From positions 38,446-102,445 of IMG/VR virus record IMGVR_UViG_3300049001_000080: 64,000 bases of DNA, one strand, 5' to 3'. This document shows positions 36,637 through 45,618 of the stretch, one piece after another; position 1 is the first letter of the stretch; each line of letters begins with the position of its first letter. A program made the translations under genes and the position numbers. The notes under the pieces were generated by a model. That model ran no database searches. It was not told the DNA's origin and saw only the letters and a list, made by a program, of their open reading frames with translations. The stretch is from a virus.

Positions 36637-38592
36637 CCGTACTCCTACCCCTTCGGGATGCGCCGCCCCTGACGTGGCCAGGGGTGGCCGGTCGTCGTCC
36701 TCGTCCTGGTCGTCGTCGGGCTCGTCGTCCTCTTCCTCGTCGTCGCCCTCGTCGTCCAGGTCGTCTGGGTCCTCCTCGGCGTCGGCGGCCGGGTCCTCCG
36801 CGCCGTCGTCGCCCTCCTGGTCGAGGCCTCGGGCCATCTCCAGGTCGGGGTCGGTGAACTGGTCGGGCGGCGCGACGTACCCGCACACCTGGCACTGGTC
36901 GCCGTCGAACGTCTCGGTGTCCCCGCAGATGGGGCAGTCCTCGGGGCGCAGGGTGTCGACCTTGGCGGGGGCGACCTGCTCGCCGTACCCGAGGCGCGCC
37001 GAGCCGGAGTGGTAGCCGGGCCCGTGCAGCTCGGGGTAGTGCTCGTGCGACCACTGGTCCCACCTCTCGCGGTCGTGCCCGCGGTTGGTGCGGCGGCCCT
37101 TGTCGAGCTGGTCGCTGTCGGCGTTGGCGTCGTCCTCCTGGACGTTCTCGCGCTGGCGCACCAGCCAGGTCGTCGCCTGCACCTGGTGCGGCTCCACCGG
37201 GTGGCCCTCGGTCTCGGAGATCCGGCGGGCGGCCTCGTGGTAGGCCGCCACGACGTGGCCGTAGTAGTGCCGGTTGTCGAGCGGCGCCTTGTCCAGGTCG
37301 TGCGCGCCGAACCTCTTGCCGGCGGCCACCGACATGGCGTGCCGGTCGATGACGGCGCGGGGGTGCGCGGGGTCGGCGTCGCCGCCGTGCTCGATGAGGT
37401 GGGCGAAGTCCTGGATCTTCGGGCCCTTGAGCACGTCCTGGTGGTGCTCGCCGTCGATGATCCGCTGCGCCTGGCCCTTCATCGAGCCGGTGGCGAAGAC
37501 GCCGGAGCCCGGCCCGCCCAGGGCGGTGCCGGTGTGCAGCGACCGGGCGGCGTTGAACATGTTGACCGGCCACGCGGTCTGCGGGGAGTAGGCGGCCAGC
37601 ACCCCGGCGCCCTTGTGCGCGTCGCCGTGCGCGATGGCCTTGGCCACGATGTGCGCGTCGCCGTACCAGCGCTTGCCCTGCTCGCGCTCGTCGGGCGTCG
37701 CCCGGCCCCAGTGCGCCACGATGTGGTCGGCGTGCACGGGGTTGGCCTGGAAGAAGGGGTGGTCGCCCGGGTCGGCGTGGCGCGGAGCGGCCTCGGCCTG
37801 GAGGGCGGCTGCCTCGTCTAGGCGCTCGCCCGGCTGTGTGGCTTCCCGCCGGCTCGCGGTCGCTACCAGACGAGTGGAGGCGTGGGGCTCACGCTCCAAC
37901 GAGCTGGTCGTCCTCGTGGGGGCGTCGAGCCCGCGGGCGTCCACGCCGACGACGTGCGCCGTCGGATCGGCGGGCTGCTCGACCAGCAGGCTGTTCTCGA
38001 AGAAGCCGAGGCCGTAGCAGACCTCGCTGACGAGCACGGCCTCGCGCCGGCCGGAGGCGGCCCGGCGGGTTACGCGCTGGCCCTTCATCGTCTTGACGTG
38101 CGCGCAGTACTCCAGCGGGGTCTCGGCGCGGTTGCCGCAGAACGAGCACAGCGAGTACTCGACGTTCGCGCCCATGCTGGTCCGGTCGACCTCCTCCTTG
38201 AGGATCGCGGCGGCCAGCTTCGGGAATCGGACGGCGTCGACCTCCATGAGGGCCTCGACCCACACGTCCGGCGACCCGTCGGGGTTGACGTCCTCGTGCA
38301 GGGCGGCGTCCACCACCACGCCGCGGGCGCGACGCGGGTTGGCGTTCGCGTGGTTGACGAATACCGGCTTGCCGATGAAGGTGCGCCAGGCCTTCTTGAT
38401 CTCCGCAGCCGGGAACGTGTCGTAGTTGTCGTTCGTCCGGCTACTTATCGCCCTGGAGCGGACATACAGGAATCCGGGGCGCGGCTCGTAGGCGAAGGCG
38501 TGCCTGTGCCCGGTGACCAGCAGGCGGGGGTGGTCGGGGCGGCTCACCAGCGTGCTGGACAGCACGCGCATCCGGGCGTAGCGCTGGATCAC
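35554..38592 (-). CDS. Capsid maturation protease with inserted HhH-glycosylase-like domain and C-terminal scaffold
   Basis: TFIGKPVFVNH, TSMG, FFENSLLVEQPADPTA protease motifs; central WY...AAYSPQ..W..N...GPK..F...IDRHA...QATTW domain; acidic linker; coiled-coil tail. Confidence 0.8.
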   Translation of the reverse strand: MIQRYARMRVLSSTLVSRPDHPRLLVTGHRHAFAYEPRPGFLYVRSRAISSRTNDNYDTFPAAEIKKAWRTFIGKPVFVNHANANPRRARGVVVDAALHEDVNPDGSPDVWVEALMEVDAVRFPKLAAAILKEEVDRTSMGANVEYSLCSFCGNRAETPLEYCAHVKTMKGQRVTRRAASGRREAVLVSEVCYGLGFFENSLLVEQPADPTAHVVGVDARGLDAPTRTTSSLEREPHASTRLVATASRREATQPGERLDEAAALQAEAAPRHADPGDHPFFQANPVHADHIVAHWGRATPDEREQGKRWYGDAHIVAKAIAHGDAHKGAGVLAAYSPQTAWPVNMFNAARSLHTGTALGGPGSGVFATGSMKGQAQRIIDGEHHQDVLKGPKIQDFAHLIEHGGDADPAHPRAVIDRHAMSVAAGKRFGAHDLDKAPLDNRHYYGHVVAAYHEAARRISETEGHPVEPHQVQATTWLVRQRENVQEDDANADSDQLDKGRRTNRGHDRERWDQWSHEHYPELHGPGYHSGSARLGYGEQVAPAKVDTLRPEDCPICGDTETFDGDQCQVCGYVAPPDQFTDPDLEMARGLDQEGDDGAEDPAADAEEDPDDLDDEGDDEEEDDEPDDDQDEDDDRPPLATSGAAHPEGVGVRMSTSTGRTQAVGAGEGKNPAGEQRVRLLAAMRAQQNLIEAQGARLTAQERVGQQVVAQLDRAVGLLGVIVDLAGLSGHPKAAALAPPQDARTASFHAGRRQGALDHQQHAALDTAAKADEWGRADDAWKDGWTAGYEASRRTAAGDQRGDPVPTTNEQALAPAATDDPQAYGAAPAPANQGVTPAATTDVQSTDVALPAVPFNQLTDVTAPTPADISAPPPVQDSHVPQQNETLTTPDLQPAMTDTGWTTGSADSRFFAALGLARLRRAAGITRRDELEEAQAIVADATATPQVVAAATQTLQDVLGAGRRTAASTARRDLVPTPAGGGRSMPSVAGTPGVQVAAASPGAVVQAEFLDLA
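36645..36682 (-). promoter_or_regulatory. Intragenic late promoter motif CCTGG-N24-AAGGGGTAG
   Basis: Repeated motif directly before the internal RBS/ATG. Confidence 0.55.
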
Positions 38593-38619
38593 GACCCGCC
38601 CCTCCTGCCGCCGGCTCCC

Positions 38620-38656
38620 TCAACACTTCGGGAGCGCGGTCGGAGGGGCGGACAGG
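38620..38656 (-). promoter_or_regulatory. Putative late promoter CCTGT-N23-AAGTGTTGA
   Basis: Upstream of protease gene. Confidence 0.6.
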
Positions 38657-38657
38657 T

Positions 38658-38891
38658 CTAGCGGAGCACCTCGCGGTAGCCGGTCAGGTCGACGTGGACG
38701 ACCGGCTCCTCGGGCCTGTAGTCGCGGCTGCGCAGCACGTAGGCGATGGCCTCGGCGAGCCCGTCGCGGTCGCGCACGGCCGCCCGGCCTGCGTGGCGGA
38801 CGTCGTAGGTGCCGTTCGGCTGCTGCTCCAGCTCCCAGCCGACGCCCGGGCGGACCCGGCCGGGGCGCCTCGGCGCCCGGCTAGACGGCAT
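38658..38891 (-). CDS. Hypothetical protein
   Basis: 77 aa ORF overlapping upstream stop. Confidence 0.55.
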   Translation of the reverse strand: MPSSRAPRRPGRVRPGVGWELEQQPNGTYDVRHAGRAAVRDRDGLAEAIAYVLRSRDYRPEEPVVHVDLTGYREVLR

Positions 38892-39123
38892 GGGGGTCGG
38901 CGGCCACCTGCCACCAGCGACCGTCCGGCGTCTGGGTGATCCTGGCCTCGGGGTACGGCGCGCCCTCGGGGTACAGGGCCAGGCCGGTCCAGCCGCCCTC
39001 CTGCTTGCGAGTCCTGATCTCGGAGCGGCAGTGCGCGAGTGTGCCGCCGGTCAGCCTGATCGGGTCGGAGACGTACTTGACCCCCCAGGCCACCCACTCC
39101 TTGGTCTTAGCCACAGTAGACAC
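38881..39123 (-). CDS. Hypothetical protein
   Basis: 80 aa; GGAGGGGAAG before start. Confidence 0.55.
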   Translation of the reverse strand: MSTVAKTKEWVAWGVKYVSDPIRLTGGTLAHCRSEIRTRKQEGGWTGLALYPEGAPYPEARITQTPDGRWWQVAADPHAV

Positions 39124-39382
39124 CTTCCCCTCCGAACGAGATCCCAGGCCTCCGGGTGGTCCCGGCGACCCTCCAGCTCGCGCCGCCCGACCAGAGGTCG
39201 GGCTCGATCAGGCGCCCCTCGTCGAGGCCGCACATGACGGCGACGTCGTGGCGGAGCTGCTCCATGTCCACCGGCTCGCCCACCTGGTCGTCGTCAGGCA
39301 GCAGCGCGCCGATCGTCACCACGGCGAGCGCGGCGACCACCCCCAGCGCCGCGGTGGCCACCAGCGCGGTCACGGCCCGCAT
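39107..39382 (-). CDS. Small membrane-anchored protein
   Basis: MRAVTALVATAALGVVAALAVVTIGALL hydrophobic N-terminus. Confidence 0.5.
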   Translation of the reverse strand: MRAVTALVATAALGVVAALAVVTIGALLPDDDQVGEPVDMEQLRHDVAVMCGLDEGRLIEPDLWSGGASWRVAGTTRRPGISFGGEGVYCG

Positions 39383-39387
39383 CGGCC

Positions 39388-39561
39388 TCACAGCGCCTCC
39401 CGCGACCGACGCGCTGCCGGTGGCTCGTGCGACCAGGGCTCCTTGAGCGAGGACGGCACGTGGCAGGTGCAGGCGCACGATCCGGAGCCCTCGCACGAGT
39501 TGTGGTCCCAGCACACCGCGCGCAGCTCGCCGGGCGCGGGCGGCTGGGAGAACTCCAGCAT
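39388..39561 (-). CDS. Small Cys/His-rich protein (57 aa)
   Basis: ATG overlaps upstream TGA; CWDHNSC...CACTCH. Confidence 0.5.
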   Translation of the reverse strand: MLEFSQPPAPGELRAVCWDHNSCEGSGSCACTCHVPSSLKEPWSHEPPAARRSREAL

Positions 39562-40211
39562 CACGCCGCGCCCGCCTTGCGCCGGAACTCCTTGGCGCAG
39601 TCCGGCCCCATCTTGCGGGCCAGCGAGTCGGGGTGGGTGAGGCCGGTCCCGCACTGGCTGCACTCCTCCTTCTCCTCGGCGTACAGCTCGGCGGCGGCCA
39701 GCGGTTCGGCGGCGATCCGGGCGAGGATGGGCGTCTGTGCCGGCTTCGGGATCTCGTGGCGCTGCGGGCCGGCCAGCACCTCGACCGAGGTCCAGCCACT
39801 GTCGCTGCGCGAGACCAGGTAGAACTTCACCACGCCGTCGTCCCCTCGCAGGGCGTAGCGACCCTTGTCGTGCTTGCCGACCGGGATGCGCCGGATGGCG
39901 GCCCAGTCGACGCGCTGGCGCGGGGTGTCGTCCTCGCGCGCACGCTCGGCGGCCCGCAGCGCCTCGTCGAACGGGATGACGCCCCGACGGGCCTCCATCT
40001 CGTCCTGGAGCCGGGCCTCGTCGTCGCCCGCGCTCTCCAGCTTCCGCTCGTACGCCAGCTCGGCCTGCCGCGCGCCGTCGTCCTCGGTGTCCTGAGCGGC
40101 CTGCTCGGCCTTGGCGTCGTAGTACCGGCGCGAGCACAGCGCGACCTGAGCGGACGTGTCGTGGTGCGTCTGGCCGGGGTGCATCTGGGCTGCGAAGCCG
40201 CACGCGGGCAT
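39561..40211 (-). CDS. DUF6011-like zinc-finger protein
   Basis: C-terminal CSQCGTGLTHPDSLARKMGPDCA; RBS GGAGGA. Confidence 0.7.
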   Translation of the reverse strand: MPACGFAAQMHPGQTHHDTSAQVALCSRRYYDAKAEQAAQDTEDDGARQAELAYERKLESAGDDEARLQDEMEARRGVIPFDEALRAAERAREDDTPRQRVDWAAIRRIPVGKHDKGRYALRGDDGVVKFYLVSRSDSGWTSVEVLAGPQRHEIPKPAQTPILARIAAEPLAAAELYAEEKEECSQCGTGLTHPDSLARKMGPDCAKEFRRKAGAA

Positions 40212-40242
40212 CTGGTCCTCCTGGCGGTGTGCTGGAGGTGCC

Positions 40243-40272
40243 AGCCTAGCTGTCAGAGATAGCTGACGTCAA
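40243..40272 (-). promoter_or_regulatory. Sigma70-type promoter TTGACG-N18-TAGGCT
   Basis: Near-consensus hexamers before an accessory gene block. Confidence 0.6.
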
Positions 40273-40592
40273 CCCGTGAACTCCATGCCGGCGAGCATCA
40301 TCTGACGGCGCATCCGCGCGACGGTGTCCTCCAGGTCGCTGATCCTCGTCCGCAGCCGACCGGACACCTCGCGCTCCTCGTCGAGCTGGGTCCGGAGGTG
40401 GGTGAGCTGTCCCTCTAGCTGCTTGATGCCGCTCTCCCAGATGAGGCGGGCGCGCTCGTACGCCCCGGCGTCCACCTTCTGGATCTCGACGCGACTGGTG
40501 GCGGCCGAGACCTTGGTCGCCTGCTTGTACGCCAGGTACGCGCAGATGACCGCGGCGAATCCAGCCAGCACGGGGCCGATGACGCCGTTCAC
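40269..40592 (-). CDS. Lysis-associated membrane protein (1 TM plus coiled coil)
   Basis: MNGVIGPVLAGFAAVICAYLAY followed by a heptad-rich region. Confidence 0.6.
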   Translation of the reverse strand: MNGVIGPVLAGFAAVICAYLAYKQATKVSAATSRVEIQKVDAGAYERARLIWESGIKQLEGQLTHLRTQLDEEREVSGRLRTRISDLEDTVARMRRQMMLAGMEFTG

Positions 40593-41044
40593 GGCGCGCC
40601 GACCGGCGGGGGAGGTGGGCGGTACTGGGTGCGTCTCCGGGGCTCTGGCCACCCTGAGATGAGGTAGACCAGGGCCGCGAGGATACCCCAGGTGGCAGCG
40701 GCCACCCACGCTCGGTACGCGCCGTACAGGACCCATGCCGCGAGGAACCCGCCCGCCCAGACCACCTTGATGGCCACCGCGCAGGCGAACCCGCCCCAGT
40801 CCTCCCGGGCGAACGCCTGCACCGCGCAGACTACACCTGCGCTAATCCAGACAAACGCCCATACTTGGTATGGGGCCAGGTACTCCAGCGCCCGGTACGT
40901 GGGGGAGCCGGTCGGCTGGGAGTGGGGGTCGAGGAGGCTGTAGCCCACCACCTCGTCGATGAAGCCGAAGATCAGCAGCGCGGCACCCCGCCTCCCCACG
41001 CGGAGGCCGACTCGGTGCGCCAGCAGGAGCGCTGCCACCCTCAT
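40589..41044 (-). CDS. Holin-like four-TM membrane protein
   Basis: GRRGAALL then four hydrophobic helices; start uncertain. Confidence 0.55.
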   Translation of the reverse strand: MRVAALLLAHRVGLRVGRRGAALLIFGFIDEVVGYSLLDPHSQPTGSPTYRALEYLAPYQVWAFVWISAGVVCAVQAFAREDWGGFACAVAIKVVWAGGFLAAWVLYGAYRAWVAAATWGILAALVYLISGWPEPRRRTQYRPPPPPVGAP

Positions 41045-41127
41045 ACGCCAGACAGCCCTCACACGCCTTCTGTGGCCATGCGGGTAGATACGCAGGGTCA
41101 CGACGAACGAGCGGCCTACCGCGTGCG

Positions 41128-41496
41128 TCAGCCTAGGAGGTGACGCACGGCTACCTGTAGCTCGTCCGCCGTGAGCATCTCGCGCCGGGCCGCTTTGGCC
41201 CTGATCACGTCGATCGAGAGGTGTGCCGGCATCGACCGGCGTGACGTCCACCCGGGGTCGGGCTCGTGGGCCCTGACGGCCTCCAGGACGCCGGATACCT
41301 GCGCGGTGACGCCGTCGACCCAGAGGAGGGCCGGCGTCTCCTCCGTGGCCACCAGGGGGTCGCCGTGGCAGGAGAGCGACGAGTCGGGGCCGATGACGCC
41401 GGCCAGCTCCTCGGCGAGCTGGTGCAGGACCAGCGGGCCCTCGACCTGCACGACCCAGCGCGTGCCGTCCCAGAGCCAGCCGGCCGAGCTAGTCAA
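41128..41496 (-). CDS. Hypothetical protein
   Basis: 122 aa ORF overlapping upstream stop. Confidence 0.55.
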   Translation of the reverse strand: MTSSAGWLWDGTRWVVQVEGPLVLHQLAEELAGVIGPDSSLSCHGDPLVATEETPALLWVDGVTAQVSGVLEAVRAHEPDPGWTSRRSMPAHLSIDVIRAKAARREMLTADELQVAVRHLLG

Positions 41497-42889
41497 CGGA
41501 CCACCACCCGTCGTCCTGCTCGGGCATGTGCTGGTAGTGCGTCCCCTCCAGGTCGAGCGCGGCGAGGTTGCGCGCCGCGACGCCCTCGCCCTCGTCGATC
41601 ATCGCCCGCTGCTCGGCGGGGGTGAAGGACCTCATGGCCACCCGCGCCGAGGCCGTCGTGCTCAGGCCGCCCCGGCGGCCCACCTCAGCTCGCACCAGCG
41701 AGGCGACGTGCCCCTCGTCGCCGTAGGTGGTCGGCAGCGCGTGGTCAGGGTCCGCGTCCACCGTCTCGTCCTGCGGCAGGTCGCCGAACTCCTGGCGGTC
41801 CGGGCCGCGGTGCCACAGCAGCGGGTCCGCGGCGGCCAGCGTGGGTCGGGCTCCGTCGAGCGAGGCCATCTTGATCTCCCTCCAGGGCGACGCCTTGCAC
41901 TCGTCCCGCAGCGCGGGGTTCTTCCGCGCGTGCTCCGGCTCCCACCACGCGGCCTGCTCCGAGTGGTCGCCGTCCGGGTCGTCGGGGTTGACGGCCACCC
42001 GGCCGTCGTGCAGCGTCAGGGATGCCTCGCTCGGGATGACCAGGACGTGGCCCTGGTACGGCCCGGACCGCCAGGTGTGCGTGACGACCCCGCCGTGCGG
42101 CACGGCCTGGCCGACCTCCTCGGCGAACTCGCGCATCGCGCCGTGCAGCGAGTTGTGGTCGCCCGGCTCGATCCCTCCTCCTGGGAACTCCCAACGGCCG
42201 GCGGCCGGGTCACCCTCGTCGTGGATGCCGCGCTGGAGCATCAGCACCCGGCCGGTGTCACGGGCCTTGAGCGCCAGGCCGGCGTGCGTCGGGGGCTCGA
42301 CGGCCTCCGGGGTGCTGGCGAGCACGAGGCCTGCGTCGGGGTGGTAGCCGGGGTAGGTGACCGCCGCCGGCTCCACCGGTCCCTGGGGGCCGACCAGCCC
42401 GTGCTCCGGGTCGAGGTGGAGCGGGGTGAGCTGGCCGTCGAGCACCCCGTCGAACGTCCCTGCCGATGCCATCGAGTGCCTCCCGGTGCCGCGGTCGTAG
42501 CTGCCTGGCTGGAGCACCGGGCTGCCCGGGCCGATCCAGTGTGGCTCGTCCTTGTCGATGGTGACGTCCCTGCCGAACATGCCGCGCGCCTGCGCCTCGT
42601 ACTGCGTCGCGAGGGCGTGGGCGCAGAGTCTGCCCTCGTAGCGGCGCCAGGGGCCGGTGCGACCCCAGCTATAGGAGGCCCAGGCGCACGCGCAGGCCCA
42701 GCTCGCGACCTGCTGCCGGCCGGGCACCCGGGACAGCTCGGTCTCGTAGACCGCGGTGTCGCCCCGGACGTGCGCCACGACGCGCCCGGGGTTGGCCACG
42801 ATGACCCGGACGCCGCCCTCCGACCTGATGCGTCGGGCCTTCGCCCGGACGTCGGCCCACGTCGCGGTACGCGCCAGGTCGAGGGCCAC
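41489..42889 (-). CDS. SWIM zinc finger plus NUDIX hydrolase fusion
   Basis: WACAC...LCAH (SWIM); WEFPGGGIEPGD...AMREFAEEVG (Nudix box). Confidence 0.85.
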   Translation of the reverse strand: MALDLARTATWADVRAKARRIRSEGGVRVIVANPGRVVAHVRGDTAVYETELSRVPGRQQVASWACACAWASYSWGRTGPWRRYEGRLCAHALATQYEAQARGMFGRDVTIDKDEPHWIGPGSPVLQPGSYDRGTGRHSMASAGTFDGVLDGQLTPLHLDPEHGLVGPQGPVEPAAVTYPGYHPDAGLVLASTPEAVEPPTHAGLALKARDTGRVLMLQRGIHDEGDPAAGRWEFPGGGIEPGDHNSLHGAMREFAEEVGQAVPHGGVVTHTWRSGPYQGHVLVIPSEASLTLHDGRVAVNPDDPDGDHSEQAAWWEPEHARKNPALRDECKASPWREIKMASLDGARPTLAAADPLLWHRGPDRQEFGDLPQDETVDADPDHALPTTYGDEGHVASLVRAEVGRRGGLSTTASARVAMRSFTPAEQRAMIDEGEGVAARNLAALDLEGTHYQHMPEQDDGWWSVD

Positions 42890-42892
42890 GGC

Positions 42893-43834
42893 TCAGCGCA
42901 GGTGGTAGTGGTGGTGGAGGATCTCCATCACGCGCTCCGCCCGCGTCTGGCCGCCCGCAGCAGCCTCGTGATCCACGCGCGCAGCCACGCGAGGGTCCTC
43001 GTCCAGAAAGGAGGCACCATCGCCCGGCGTCGGCGCGGGCGGCGTGACCTCGGGGAACGGGCGGCCGGTGATGGCCGTGAAGGCCTGCGCGTACTTCGCC
43101 AGGTCGAACCCGGCCCGGAACTCGGGGTGCTCGGCGTGCGCGCGGAAGATAGCCACCCAGACCTCGGACCGCTGGTGCCGGAGGAATGAGGCGGTCATCT
43201 CGACCCGCTGCGCCCAGGTGATGTTCGCCTCGGCCGATCGGTCCGACGGCGAGTACGCGCCGCTGACGGTGCAGTGGCCGCCCCATCGAGGGGAGCCGGC
43301 GACGTAGTCCCACTGGCCGGCGCGGGTCTGCGACTGCTGCGCGACGTGCAGGTCCAGCCCGTTGAGCACGCCGAGGAAGAGGTAGAGGGCGGCCCGGACC
43401 TCCTCCTCGTCGGTCGGGTCCACCTTGGCGAAGCCGAGGATCACGCCCTCGCGGGTGAGGTACTCCAGGAAGTCCTGGATCACCATCCCGCCGTCCTCCT
43501 GGCGGGGGTCGCCCTCGGGCAGCGTCGGGTCGAAGCCGGGGTTCTGGCTCCGGTACCAGGCGCAGACCTCGTCCCAGGTCGCCTCGACCCGGCTGCCGGT
43601 CAGGACCTGCGTGACAAGCCGCCGCAGGTTGTCGGCGCCGGTCGGGACGCAGATGCCGTACGCGTCGTTGTGGTCGAGCGCGAACAGGACGCCGGCCAGG
43701 TCGTCGACGCCGATGGGGTGCTCGGGGACCTGGCGGACGAAGTCGCGCAGCCTGAGCGCGGGGCGCTCGGGGTCGCCCGGCCGTAGCCCGAGCTTGAGCT
43801 GCGGGTGGTCCTGCACGCCGACTGCGTCGCTCAC
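42893..43834 (-). CDS. Papain-like cysteine peptidase
   Basis: NDAYGIC (Cys), DGG, GGHC (His), ITW; GTG overlap start. Confidence 0.65.
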   Translation of the reverse strand: MSDAVGVQDHPQLKLGLRPGDPERPALRLRDFVRQVPEHPIGVDDLAGVLFALDHNDAYGICVPTGADNLRRLVTQVLTGSRVEATWDEVCAWYRSQNPGFDPTLPEGDPRQEDGGMVIQDFLEYLTREGVILGFAKVDPTDEEEVRAALYLFLGVLNGLDLHVAQQSQTRAGQWDYVAGSPRWGGHCTVSGAYSPSDRSAEANITWAQRVEMTASFLRHQRSEVWVAIFRAHAEHPEFRAGFDLAKYAQAFTAITGRPFPEVTPPAPTPGDGASFLDEDPRVAARVDHEAAAGGQTRAERVMEILHHHYHLR

Positions 43835-45591
43835 GCGGGTGTCCCCTCGTCGTCCGGGTGGGTGTACCCGGGCTGGACGGACTCGGCGTACGAGCGCCAG
43901 TGCCCCGGGCCGCTCCACCGTACCGGCTGGCCCAGCTCGCTCACCGCGCCCCGCTTGTCGTCGCCCTTGACGTGCGGCGGGAAGTAGCCGTCGCCGGTGC
44001 GGAAGTGGTACGCGCCGCCGATGGCGTGGGTGTGGGCGCCGATCGCCTCGACCTCGTCGGGGGTGTCCACTACGACCACCGGGTCGATGTCGATGCGCTT
44101 CTGGTCGTCGTCATGGAAGACCCCTAGGTGGTGCCGGCCGTTCTCCAGCAGGGGGCGGAACCTCGCGAGCGCGGAGTCCATCGCCCGGTGGAAGGTGTGG
44201 CGGTCTGCTCCCTCGTGCACCGATACGGACTGCATGCCCGGCGGCTTCACCGAGAGCGCGTACTTGTCCGCGTCCGACTCCAGGGCGACCCCGGTGTGCG
44301 CGTCGATGGTGGCGCCGCCCCAGGGCTTGCGCGCCTCGCCGTAGGCGTGCTCCTTGACCTGGCCCCACTGCTGGTCGAGCCCGGTCAGCGGGGCTCGGTC
44401 GTGGCGCATCTGGTCGACCATCCCCCTGCCTCGCATCGCGATGTCGTCGAACTCCTCCCGCGACACCGGGCGGCTGTTCCCGCGCGCCTCCGCCGGGGTG
44501 ATGTACCTCGTGCCGGCGTCCGGAGTCCTCGTCAGGGCCGGCGCCGAGGCCGTGGCGTGGGAGGCGTGGTGCTCGGAGTCCAGGTGTCGCCTGGCGCTCG
44601 ACAGCGCGTCGCCCCAGTCGCGGTGCCAGAGCTGGCCGGGGCCGTGCTGAGGGCAGTTGACGCGGTACCGGACGTCGTCCTCCCAGCCGGCGGGGTCTGC
44701 CTCGGACTCGACGATGTCCTCCGGCCTCGTCGCCCCGGCGGCCGTCGCGTAGGGCATCCCGCCCGGCACGTGATCCCCCGGCTTTCCGAGGGGACAGGAC
44801 TCCTGGAGCGCCCAGGAGCCGCGGGGGCACCGGCCGCGGTCGACGGACGTCCACACCGCGTAGCCGGCGCGCTGGGTCGCCTGCGCGTCGAGGCCCCGCG
44901 GGTACCAGCAGTGCGAGTCGCGCCTGAAACGGCACCAGTCGTATGAGGAGTCCGGATCGGCCGGCGGCTTGAGTAGGTCGGAGACCCAGCCGGCCTCGCG
45001 CATGAGGTCGGAGACGCTGCGGCCCCGGAACGCGCCGTCGTGGCTGTAGGACGTGTCGGAGTGCTGCCACCCGTTGTCCGGGTCGTAGCGGGCCGGCGTG
45101 CCGCAGGGGCACGTAGCCGCGGTGCGCGCCAGCAGGCCGTCGGTGACGGCGTACGGGGCCGGCTCCCCCTCGTAGTCCGGGCGCCAGCGGTCGGCGTTGG
45201 CCTCGGTCAGCAGCTCGGCGGCCAGCCGGTCCAGACGCTCGGACCGGTCGGTGTCCACCCAGTGCCCGGCCGTCTTGGCCAGCACGCGCCCGCCGTGGTA
45301 GTCGCTGGCCGGCACCGACGGCGCCATGGGCGGCCGGTCCACCAGTACGCCAGCCAGCCCCGGGTAGTGCTCGGCTGCCGTGCCCCCGGACGCGGTCGCC
45401 TGCTCGCCTAGGGGCGCCAGCTCGGAGCTGGCGTACTCGCCGCCACCCAGGCCCCCGTCGAGGCGGACCAGGTAGGTCTCGTCGCCGGCCCGTGAGCCGT
45501 CCTCGACGGCCGTCACCGTCCCGGCCACGCGCTCGCGGGTCATCACCCGCTGGCCCGGCCGGTACTCGTACCACAGCCTAGGGTCGACCAT
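43831..45591 (-). CDS. Modular putative head-associated protein
   Basis: 586 aa of small domains (SH3-like, Cys/His clusters, C-terminal alpha/beta) separated by KTA/RTA/ATA linkers. Confidence 0.6.
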   Translation of the reverse strand: MVDPRLWYEYRPGQRVMTRERVAGTVTAVEDGSRAGDETYLVRLDGGLGGGEYASSELAPLGEQATASGGTAAEHYPGLAGVLVDRPPMAPSVPASDYHGGRVLAKTAGHWVDTDRSERLDRLAAELLTEANADRWRPDYEGEPAPYAVTDGLLARTAATCPCGTPARYDPDNGWQHSDTSYSHDGAFRGRSVSDLMREAGWVSDLLKPPADPDSSYDWCRFRRDSHCWYPRGLDAQATQRAGYAVWTSVDRGRCPRGSWALQESCPLGKPGDHVPGGMPYATAAGATRPEDIVESEADPAGWEDDVRYRVNCPQHGPGQLWHRDWGDALSSARRHLDSEHHASHATASAPALTRTPDAGTRYITPAEARGNSRPVSREEFDDIAMRGRGMVDQMRHDRAPLTGLDQQWGQVKEHAYGEARKPWGGATIDAHTGVALESDADKYALSVKPPGMQSVSVHEGADRHTFHRAMDSALARFRPLLENGRHHLGVFHDDDQKRIDIDPVVVVDTPDEVEAIGAHTHAIGGAYHFRTGDGYFPPHVKGDDKRGAVSELGQPVRWSGPGHWRSYAESVQPGYTHPDDEGTPA

Positions 45592-45618
45592 CCCCGGCCC
45601 CTCCTGGCGCCTAGGGCG

